DNA from: Eledone cirrhosa
Lineage: Eukaryota
Reading direction: 5' to 3'
Length of the DNA stretch: 64,000 nt
Assembly: GCA_964016885.1 (NCBI GenBank)
Contig: OZ024760.1
Span: 6,572,001-6,636,000 of the forward strand
The translations under genes and the position numbers were made by a program. Below the pieces are notes generated by a model. It ran no database searches. It was not told where the DNA came from and saw only the letters and a program-made list of their open reading frames with translations. Below are positions 18,624 to 29,615 of the stretch, in pieces; positions within the stretch are counted from its first letter, which is position 1, and every line of letters begins with the position of its first letter.

Positions 18624-19261
18624 CTTTATGGTATTTAGTTAGAACTTTCTACATCCTGAGTTCAAATCCTACCATGGTTAAGTAGCAGTAATATATTGGG
18701 GTTTATATGATCAACTTTCCCTTTGTCTCAGATTGTTGGACTTGGTGCCAAATGATAGATACAATGGTTAAACTGATCTATACCACCACACCACACCACC
18801 ACACACCACACCACCAACACCATACCACCACAATGGATAAACTGACCTTTGGAACACGACAAAAGTTCCTTCATAGAATTATGATGGAACTTTTGGTTTG
18901 TTTTGATTTACGACCAGTAGATAGTATCAGCAATGGGAAGTCCAATGGAAACATTGCTTCCTTGGTCCGATTCGACGAGTTGCACTTCCACTCAAAACAT
19001 GAATGACATCTGGGATCTTGTTGATTGTTTAAAGAAAGAATATGTATATATATATATATCGAGAGAGAGAGAGAGAGAGAGAGAGGTGATTGGAATAGTT
19101 TTAGTGCTGTAGGAGTCGTTTCTATTAACATATTATATATATATATACTTATTCTCTACTAACATATTGAGTCCCTTATTTAACTGGTGGGGGGTTAGGG
19201 AGGGGGGTCTGATCCCCTTCAGAATACCATCCTATATGAATATATATATATATTTATATAT

Positions 19262-19312
<51 letters not shown>

Positions 19313-19410
19313 TGTTTCTTTATTAACCACAGGGGCACAAAAGAAGGGGATAGATAGATAGATATGTTTCTTTATTAGCCACAGGGGCACAAAAGAAGGG
19401 GACAAATACA

Positions 19411-19458
<48 letters not shown>
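19262..19458 (-). repeat. (GATA)n tracts enclosing two copies of a short retroelement-like 3' end
   Basis: gatatgtttctttatta(a/g)ccacaggggcacaaaagaagggga occurs twice; AATAAA on the minus strand precedes (TATC)n. Confidence 0.55.
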
Positions 19459-19572
19459 TTCAGATCTAGTTGTTGAAACGGCCAGAGCTCAGCTGTCGGG
19501 CTCCTGAATATTTTCCTATAGATAGGTACTCAATACATAGTAGGGTATTTACAAGACTTAATATAGAAATGG

Positions 19573-19613
19573 CTTCTACAGGACTAGAACTGTTTCATTT
19601 GAAGGAAATCATC

Positions 19614-19614
<1 letters not shown>
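19573..19614 (-). ncRNA. 5'-truncated hammerhead motif
   Basis: (a)TGATGA-tttccttcaaat-GAA-ACAG-ttctagtc-CTGT-A-gaag. C3 and the 5' strand of stem I are lost into the microsatellite; a diverged inverted partner lies at ~20082-20122. Confidence 0.6.
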
Positions 19615-19673
<59 letters not shown>

Positions 19674-19692
19674 GTATATATATGTGTGTGTG

Positions 19693-19726
<34 letters not shown>

Positions 19727-19779
19727 CACACACATGTATGTATATATATATATATACACACACATATATATATACACAC

Positions 19780-19815
<36 letters not shown>

Positions 19816-19870
19816 GTATATATATATATATACACACACATATATATATACACATGTATATATATATATA

Positions 19871-19937
<67 letters not shown>

Positions 19938-19952
19938 GTATATATATATATA

Positions 19953-20016
<64 letters not shown>

Positions 20017-20034
20017 TATGTATATATATATATA

Positions 20035-20084
<50 letters not shown>

Positions 20085-20206
20085 TGAGACAGTTTTAGTC
20101 CTGTAAAAGTCGTTTCTGTATAAAATATGTTTGTTCCCTACTATTGTATAGAGTCCCTTATTTAACTGGGCTTTTTGTCTAATCCCTTTCAGAACACCAT
20201 CTTATA

Positions 20207-20261
<55 letters not shown>

Positions 20262-20488
20262 TTATGGTGACATGATAAAACCTCTCTATCTCACATGATC
20301 CACCATTAACTGTCTCAGTTCTTCACCAGATAGTTCTATATCTCTCACATAACAACCAAAAGGGTTAAAGAATGAGTTTTTGAGGAAACATTTGGCTGCC
20401 ATTTCTTGCAGGGTTTGGTGGTTGCTGGGTCTTTTGAAAGAAAGTATTTACAGAGAAATAAAAGTTTTTTTTTTCTATTTATTAAAAG

Positions 20489-20548
20489 TAAATATCCCGA
20501 CTTGTATGAGTCTGACATAGTTGTCATACCAGGACAGTGTTTTATCAG
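20489..20548 (+). other. Candidate internal exon (60 bp, phase 2-2), unidentified gene
   Basis: Poly-T tract plus AG, then the only open frame KYPDLYESDIVVIPGQCFI, then donor AG/GTGAG. No homology recognised. Confidence 0.3.
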
Positions 20549-21302
20549 GTGAGGAGTGGTAGGGTAGAAAGGTAGGTTGGTAGGGTGGGCGGTGGTGGTG
20601 GTGGTAGGAGCTAGGTTGATGGGTGGGCTGGTAGGGTGAATGGTGGGGAAAGAGGAAGGGTGGTGTGGAGGTAGGTGGAGAGGTAGATAAATAAAATACA
20701 CCGGTAGGTAGGTGGAAAGGTAGATAGGTAGGCTGGTAGGTTGAGTGGTGGGGTGGGGGAGTGGGTAGGTAGACTGGTAGGGAGGGAGCTAGGTAGGGAG
20801 GGAGCTAGGTAGGTAGGGAGAAAGGTAAACTTAAGAAAATGAACAAAGAGAGGACAAGACTACTAACAAATAAAAACAAGGCAAAAGAAAAACAATTTTT
20901 TAAATATAAAAGTACAAACGAAAGACACAAATATCCAGGGTGGTCAGCTGTTGAGATGGATTTTGACCCCTACCATCGGTATTGCTGGTCTACCCGGGGT
21001 CACAGCTCTAGGGTCATCGCCTGTTCAGATGGACTTTGGCAATTTTGACCCCCTACCAACAGTAATGCTGGTCCACTTGGGGTCATAGCTCCAAGGTCAT
21101 CAGCTGTTGAGATGAACTTTAGCAGTTTCGACCCCTACTTCTCTCACTACTGGTCCACCCAGGGTCACAGCGTCTGACACAAGCCAAACGCTGTCCAGTG
21201 GAGTAAGAGACCAAAAGTAGAAACAATTAATTTATAGCAATTAAGCTAGAAAAGTGGGATGATAGTTAGATAGGTATGTATGTAGGGAGGGAGGTAAAAG
21301 AG

Positions 21303-23215
21303 TAAAGACCCCTCTGTAAAGACTCCCATGGTCATTCTTGACCATGGGATCTACACCTAGAAAGTTCCCCTCCAAGGCACAAGTCCAGGCAAGGTTGTGG
21401 AAGACCAGCAGTCACCCATGTATACCAGTCTCTCCTCTCCATGCCACCGATGTTGTCCAAGGGAAAAGCAATGGCTGATACAGCTTGGCACCAGTGACAT
21501 CACAACTGTTATATACACCATATGTATATTATATATACACTATTTACATTATATATACACTATGTACATTATATATACACTACTTACATTATATATACAC
21601 TATGTACATTATACATACACTGCTTACATCATATATACACTATGTACATTATATATATACACTATTTACATTATATATACTCTATGTACACTATGTACAG
21701 TATATATACACTATATACAGTATATATACACTATATACATTATATATATACACTATGTACAGTATATATACACTATATACAGTATATATACACCATGTAC
21801 AGTATATGTACACTATGTACATTATATATACACTATGAACAGTATATACAGTATATATACACTATATACAGTATATATACACTATGTACAGTATATATAC
21901 ACTATTTACAGTATATGTACATTATATATACACTATGAACAGTATATACAGTATATATACACTATATACAGTATATATACACTATGTACAGTATATATAC
22001 ACTATATACAGTATATATACACTATGAACAGTATATACAGTATATATACACTATATACAGTATATATACACTATGTACAGTATATATACACTATTTACAG
22101 TATATGTACACTATGTACATTATATATACACTATGAACAGTATATACAGTATATATACACTATATACAGTATATATACACTATATACAGTATATATACAC
22201 TATGTACAGTATATATACAGTATATATACACTATGTACAGTATATATACACTATATACAGTATATATACACTATGTACAGTATATATACACTATGTACAG
22301 TATATATACACTATGTACAGTATATATACACTATGTACAGTATATATACACTATATACAGTATATATACACTATATACAGTATATATACACTATATACAG
22401 TATATATACACTATATACAGTATATATACACTATGTACAGTATATATACAGTATATATACAGTATGTACAGTATATATACACTATGTACAGTATATATAC
22501 AGTATGTACAGTATTTATACACTATGTACAGTATATATACAGTATATATACACTATATACAGTATATATACACTATGTACAGTATATATACACTATTTAC
22601 AGTATATGTACACTATGTACATTATATATACACTATGAACAGTATATACAGTATATATACACTATATACAGTATATATACACTATGTACAGTATATATAC
22701 ACTATGTACAGTATATATACACTATATACAGTATATATACACTATGTACAGTATATATATACACTATGTACAGTATATATACACTATGTACAGTATATAT
22801 ACACTATATACAGTATATATACACTATGTACAGTATATATACACTATATACAGTATATATACACTATATACAGTATATATACACTATATACAGTATATAT
22901 ACACTATATACAGTATATATACACTATATACAGTATATATACACTATATACAGTATATATACACTATGTACAGTATATATACAGTATATATACACTATGT
23001 ACAGTATATATACAGTATGTACAGTATTTATACACTATGTACAGTATATATACAGTATATATACACTATATACAGTATATATACACTATGTACAGTATAT
23101 ATATGGTGTTGTACAAGGTAAAGGCAATGGCCAATACAACTTGGCACTAGTGATGTCACAACTCATTCCTACAGCTGAGTCAATTGGAATAACATGAAAT
23201 AAAGTGTCTTGCTCA
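21303..23215 (-). mobile_element. CORE-type SINE with a different 3' tail, split by a 20-bp minisatellite (tatatatacactatgtacag, ~21510-23103)
   Basis: A ~55-bp segment (tgttgtccaaggg...cacaact) appears in diverged form on both sides of the array; CORE motif gaaataaagtgtcttgctca at ~23196-23215. Confidence 0.6.
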
Positions 23216-23523
23216 TACGGGAACTGATTCTGGATGCCCTTCCTAACACCAACCTCATTTACAGTGTGGGCTGGGTGCTTTTTTGCCGTGGCACCCCCAT
23301 GACCACTTTGCAGTGGAATGATAGGGACCCCAGTCCCTATCATCTCATTTCTACATACATATATATATATATCATATATAAATATATATATATATCTTTT
23401 ACTATTATATATATATATATATCACCCACTCTCTCACCCCTCATCTATCCTCTCTCTCCCACCCCTCTCTCTATACAATAACCACAACAGTTAAAATACC
23501 TTCCTTTCAAACTCCACTGACAA

Positions 23524-25415
23524 GCTCTCACTACTCTCTCTACTGTCTCACTACTCTCTCTACTGTCTCTACTACTCTCTCTACTGTCACTACTACTCTC
23601 TCTACTGTCTCACTACTCTCTCTACTGTCTCTACTACTCTCTCTACTGTCACTACTACTCTCTCTACTGTCTCACTACTCTCTCTACTGTCTCACTACTC
23701 TCTCTACTCTCTCTACTGTCTCACTACTCTCTCTACTACTCTCTCTACTGTCTCACTACTCTCTCTACTCTCTCTACTGTCTCTCTACTCTCTCTACTCT
23801 CTCTATTGTCTCTCTACTCTCTCTACTCTCTCTACTCTCACTACTACTCTCTCTACTGTCTCACTACTCTCTCTACTGTCTCACTACTCTCTCTACTCTC
23901 TCTACTGTCTCACTACTCTCTCTACTACTCTCTCTACTGTCTCACTACTCTCTCTACTCTCTCTACTGTCTCTCTACTCTCTCTACTCTCTCTATTGTCT
24001 CTCTACTCTCTCTACTCTCTCTACTGTCACTACTACTCTCTCTACTGTCTCTACTACTCTCTCTACTGTCTCACTACTCTCTCTACTGTCTCACTACTCT
24101 CTCTACTCTCTCTACTGTCTCACTACTCTCTCTACTCTCTCTACTACTCTCTCTACTGTCTCACTACTCTCTCTACTCTCTCTACTGTCTCACTACTCTC
24201 TCTACTCTCTCTACTGTCTCTCTACTCTCTCTACTCTCTCTATTGTCTCTCTACTCTCTCTACTGTCTCTACTACTCTCTCTACTGTCACTACTACTCTC
24301 TCTACTGTCTCTACTACTCTCTCTACTGTCACTACTACTCTCTCTACTGTCTCTACTACTCTCTCTACTGTCTCACTACTCTCTCTACTGTCTCACTACT
24401 CTCTCTACTGTCTCTACTGTCTCTACTACTCTCTCTACTGTCACTACTACTCTCTCTACTGTCTCACTACTCTCTCTACTGTCTCTACTACTCTCTCTAC
24501 TGTCACTACTACTCTCTCTACTGTCTCACTACTCTCTCTACTGTCTCACTACTCTCTCTACTCTCTCTACTGTCTCACTACTCTCTCTACTGTCTCACTA
24601 CTCTCTCTACTCTCTCTACTGTCTCACTACTCTCTCTACTCTCTCTACTACTCTCTCTACTGTCTCACTACTCTCTCTACTCTCTCTACTGTCTCTCTAC
24701 TCTCTCTACTCTCTCTACTGTCTCACTACTCTCTCTACTGTCTCTACTACTCTCTCTACTGTCACTACTACTCTCTCTACTGTCTCACTACTCTCTCTAC
24801 TGTCTCACTACTCTCTCTACTCTCTCTACTGTCTCACTACTCTCTCTACTCTCTCTACTACTCTCTCTACTGTCTCACTACTCTCTCTACTGTCTCTACT
24901 ACTCTCTCTACTGTCACTACTACTCTCTCTACTGTCTCACTACTCTCTCTACTGTCTCACTACTCTCTCTACTCTCTCTACTGTCTCACTACTCTCTCTA
25001 CTCTCTCTACTACTCTCTCTACTGTCTCACTACTCTCTCTACTCTCTCTACTGTCTCTCTACTCTCTCTACTCTCTCTATTGTCTCTCTACTCTCTCTAC
25101 TGTCTCACTACTCTCTCTACTTCTCTCTCTACTTCTCTCTCTACTCTCTCTACTGTCTCACTACTCTCACTACTCTCTCTACTGTCTCACTACTCTCTCT
25201 ACTCTCTCTACTGTCTCTCTACTCTCTCTACTGTCTCACTACTCTCTCTACTTCTCTCTCTACTCTCTCTACTCTCTCTATTGTCTCTCTACTCTCTCTT
25301 CTTCTCTCTCTACTCTCTCTACTCTCTCTATTGTCTCTCTACTCTCACTACACTCTCTACTCTCACTACTCTCACTACTCTCTCTACTCTCACTACTCTC
25401 TCTCTATTCTCTCTA
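23524..25415. repeat. CT-rich minisatellite (ctctctacta/ctgt variants)
   Basis: Direct inspection. Confidence 0.95.
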
Positions 25416-25680
25416 CATTATACAGCCTGTTTGGTGGGCCTAGAACACATTCCTAATGTCATTAGCATTGTTGTTGTTGTTGGTGTTAGTGTTGAGGTGG
25501 TGGTGGTGGTTGTGGTTGTCGTGGTTGTTGTTGTTGGTGTTGATGGTGATGGTGATGGTGGTGGTGATGGTGGTTGTTGTGGTTGTTGCTACTACTAAGG
25601 CTGTTGCTATAAGTAGTTATGGCTATTGTTATTTGTTAGAGTGTGGATATATATATATATATACACACACACACATCATC

Positions 25681-25733
<53 letters not shown>

Positions 25734-25734
25734 T

Positions 25735-25833
<99 letters not shown>

Positions 25834-26184
25834 CCTATCTAATTTAGACACACAACACAATATATATGTTAGTTGTAATTTAAGTGTAGCAATATAAATT
25901 TGAAATAGAGTAATTTGTCAATGAAAAAAATTCCATGTTTCCTTATTTTCTTCACAATTCCTCACATTTCAATTTAAACATGCCTCCCCACCCCAATAAA
26001 AAAATATACCATAAATAATAATAATAATAATGATAATAATGATAGTTTGTGAAAATTGCTGGCCATTATTTTTCAGTGTGAAAAGACTCCATTATGAAAA
26101 TATGGTAAAGGCTTGGAAGGAATTTAGTCTCATAGTCTTATATCTAAAGAGAAAATATTCAAAGTCTTGTGATTATGTTTTCAG

Positions 26185-28578
26185 TGCTCTCAGAGAGACA
26201 CTCCCGGTACAGCCACTACTTCTCCGAATTGAGAGATCATAGCTCCAATACTATGGGCATGTGGTTAGAATGTCTCAGGAAAGAATCACTGAAGAGATTT
26301 GTAGCTTCGAGATCAAAGTTGCTCCAGGTAGAGCCTCTACTTCTCCGAATTGAGAGATCATAGCTCCGATACTATGGGCATGTGGTTAGAATGTCTCAGG
26401 AAAGAATCACTGAAGAGATTTGTAGCTTCGAGATCAAAGTTGCTCCAGGTAGAGCCTCTACTTCTCCGAATTGAGAGATCATAGCTCCGATACTATGGGC
26501 ATGTGGTTAGAATGTCTCAGGAAAGAATCACTGAAGAGATTTGTAGCTTCGAGATCAAAGTTGCTCCAGGTAGAGCCACTACTTCTCCGAATTGAGAGAT
26601 CATAGCTCCGATACTATGGACATGTGGTTAGAATGTCTCAGGAAAGAATCACTGAAGAGATTTGTAGCTTCGAGATCAAAGTTGCTCCAGGTAGAGCCTC
26701 TACTTCTCCGAATTGAGAGATCATAGCTCCGATACTATGGGCATGTGGTTAGAATGTCTCAGGAAAGAATCACTGAAGAGATTTGTAGCTCGGAGATCAG
26801 AGAGTCACTCCAGGTAGAGCCTCTACTTCTCCGAATTGAGAGATCACAGTTCCGATACTATGAGCATGTGGTTAGAATGTCTCAGGAAAGAATCACTGAA
26901 GAGATTTGTAGCTCGGAGATCAGAGAGTCACTCCAGGTAGAGCCACTACTTCTCCGGATTGAGAGATCACAGCTCCGATACTATGGGCATGTGGTTAGAA
27001 TGTCTCAGGAAAGAATCACTGAAGAGATTTGTAGCTCGGAGATCAGAGAGTCACTCCAGGTAGAGCCTCTACTTCTCCGAATTGAGAGATCACAGCTCCG
27101 ATACTATGGGCATGTGGTTAGAATGTCTCAGGAAAGAATCACTGAAGAGATTTGTAGCTTCGAGATCAAAGTTGCTCCAGGTAGAGCCTCTACTTCTCCG
27201 AATTGAGAGATCATAGCTCCGATACTATGGACATGTGGTTAGAATGTCTCAGGAAAGAATCACTGAAGAGATTTGTAGCTTCGAGATCAAAGTTGCTCCA
27301 GGTAGAGCCTCTACTTCTCCGAATTGAGAGATCATAGCTCCGATACTATGAGCATGTGGTTAGAATGTCTCAGGAAAGAATCACTGAAGAGATTTGTAGC
27401 TCGGAGATCAGAGAGTCACTCCAGGTAGAGCCACTACTTCTCCGGATTGAGAGATCACAGCTCCGATACTATGGGCATGTGGTTAGAATGTCTCAGGAAA
27501 GAATCGCTGAACAGATTTGTAGCTTCGAGATCAAAGTTGCTCCAGGTAGAGCCTCTACTTCTCCGAATTGAGAGATCATAGCTCCGATACTATGAGCATG
27601 TGGTTAGAATGTCTCAGGAAAGAATCACTGAAGAGATTTGTAGCTCGGAGATCAGAGAGTCACTCCAGGTAGAGCCACTACTTCTCCGGATTGAGAGATC
27701 ACAGTTCCGATACTATGGGCATGTGGTTAGAATGTCTCAGGAAAGAATCGCTGGACAGATTTGTAGCTCAGAGATCAGAGAGTCACTCCAGGTAGAGCCA
27801 CTATTTCTCTGAATTGAGAGATCATAGCTCCGATACTATGGGCATGTGGTTAGAATGTCTCAGGAAAGAATCGCTGGACAGATTTGTAGCTCAGAGATCA
27901 GAGAGTTACTCCAGGTAGAGCCACTATTTCTCTGAATTGAGAGATCATAGCTCCGATACTATGGGCATGTGGTTAGAATGTCTCAGGAAAGAATCGCTGG
28001 ACAGATTTGTAGCTCAGAGATCAGAGAGTTACTCCAGGTAGAGCCACTATTTCTCTGAATTGAGAGATCTCAGCTCTGATACTATGGGAGTGTGGTCAGA
28101 ATGTCTCAGGAAAGAATCGCTGGACAGATTTGTAGCTCGGAGATCAGAGAGTCACTCCAGGTAGAGCTGCTACTTCTCTGAATTGAGAGATCACAGCTCC
28201 GATACTATGGGCATGTGGTTAGAATGTCTCAGGAAAGAATCGCTGGACAGATTTGTAGCTCAGAGATCAGAGAGTTACTCCAGGTAGAGCCACTATTTCT
28301 CTGAATTGAGAGATCACAGCTCTGATATTACAGACGTGTGGATAGAATGTCTCAGCAAAGAATTGCTGGACAGATTTTACGGGCAAAACCAACAGCAAGG
28401 AAACCCAGAGGTAGACTCCGAGCAAGATAGTTGGATAACATCCATGAGCTTGGCTGGTCACGCTTGGGGATCCAGCCGGATCAGTTGGAGAGGGTTGCTT
28501 CTGAAAGGACCTGCTGGAAGGAGTGTTTGAGGACTCTGCCTCCACCACCCTCTCACGAATAAGTAGGCGAAGAAGAAG
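26185..28578 (+). mobile_element. RTE-clade LINE 3' end with a 121/123-bp segment amplified about 17-18 times
   Basis: The unit translates SSEIRESLQVEPLLLRIERSQLRYYGHVVRMSQERI. The array runs on into unique AKPTARKPRGRLRAR.LDNIHELGWSRLGI...LPPPPSHE* and a (GAA)n tail. Confidence 0.85.
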
Positions 28579-28733
28579 TGCTGTCATGTCTTCAGGAATA
28601 ATGGCTGTGTGGGGCAAAGTCAATCAGTTGTTTCCTTTGAAAGTAGTTTGGTTCTTGGTTCAATCCTCCTTCAAACCACTTTGAGCAAATGTATTCTTAC
28701 TATATCTATATATATAAAGTTGTAGTTCCTGTC

Positions 28734-28808
<75 letters not shown>

Positions 28809-28934
28809 GTAGGAGGTGAGTTTTATTGTAGTACAATAAAGCAATGCAGATATCGGATAAGAAGCACTCTACAGTTTGTAGGACTGGAGTATACATAATA
28901 TAAGATCAAAAGATGGTTAAAAGAGTTCCATGTA

Positions 28935-29001
28935 TTTTATTATGCGCATTTCAAAAACAAACATCATCATGCAATAATATTTGTGTTTTCATCAGATAAA
29001 A
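28935..29001 (-). ncRNA. Minimal hammerhead ribozyme, intact core
   Basis: Reverse complement of 29101-29167. Confidence 0.8.
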
Positions 29002-29100
29002 CAGGAGAACATGATATGAAGGCTAAAAAACACTTGTGAATGTTGATTTAAAACTGCACTATCCACAAGTGTTTTTTAGCCTTCATATCATGTTCTCCTG

Positions 29101-29167
29101 TTTTATCTGATGAAAACACAAATATTATTGCATGATGATGTTTGTTTTTGAAATGCGCATAATAAAA
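29101..29167 (+). ncRNA. Minimal hammerhead ribozyme, intact core
   Basis: ttttat-CTGATGA-aaacacaaatattat...atgtttgttttt-GAAA-TGCGCA-TA-ataaaa; palindromic stem III, AUA site. Confidence 0.8.
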
Positions 29168-29402
29168 TACATGGAACTCCTTTAACCATCTTTTGATCTT
29201 ATATTATATATATATATATATATATATATCGTCATCATCATCGTTTAACGTCCATCTTCCATGCTTGCATGGGTTTGGATGGGAGTTTTCCTACTTGAGG
29301 CAAGAGTGGTTGTCTTGCTCGCATAGGACTGTCTGGCGGGTTTTCTACGACTGGATGCCCTTCCTAACACCAACCACGTTTACAGTGTGGAATGTACTAA
29401 AC

Positions 29403-29437
<35 letters not shown>

Positions 29438-29442
<5 letters not shown>

Positions 29443-29612
29443 ATAATAATAAATTTGAAGACTAAAATCCAAAGAGGACTCGATAAGGATAAATATATAT
29501 CAGATATATAAGAACCATAGAGTAAATATTTATTGTTAGTTTCAGAAGATCCCGTTAAGGGTGAAAGCACCGATTCTTTGCTTAAACTTTAATCTGTTAT
29601 TTTAATAAATAT
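29438..29612. mobile_element. Inverted-junction mini-element with a variant hammerhead (29538-29588, +)
   Basis: Same family as 16718-16912: tail on the minus strand (29438-29532) joined to agttt-CAGAAGA-tcccgttaagggt-GAAA-gca...tgc-TT-aaact on the plus strand. Confidence 0.7.
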
Positions 29613-29615
29613 ATA

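Larger units (their letters stand above)
28810..29207. mobile_element. Fold-back mini-element with 144-bp arms (28895-29038 / 29064-29207)
   Basis: Arms nearly identical; 25-bp spacer; left extension carries agcactctac...tggagt; (TA)n on both sides. Confidence 0.85.

Noticed and set aside
18968-19005. tcgacgag...ctcaaaacatg hammerhead look-alike
   Set aside because: Both core boxes deviate and there is no stem I. The adjacent sequence matches a repeat also seen inverted at ~44465-44535.
28895-29207. Reading the palindromes as MITEs or pre-miRNAs
   Set aside because: Arms are asymmetric (one-sided tail), inversion points vary within a family, there are no fixed TIR ends or TSDs, and the arms contain hammerhead cores.
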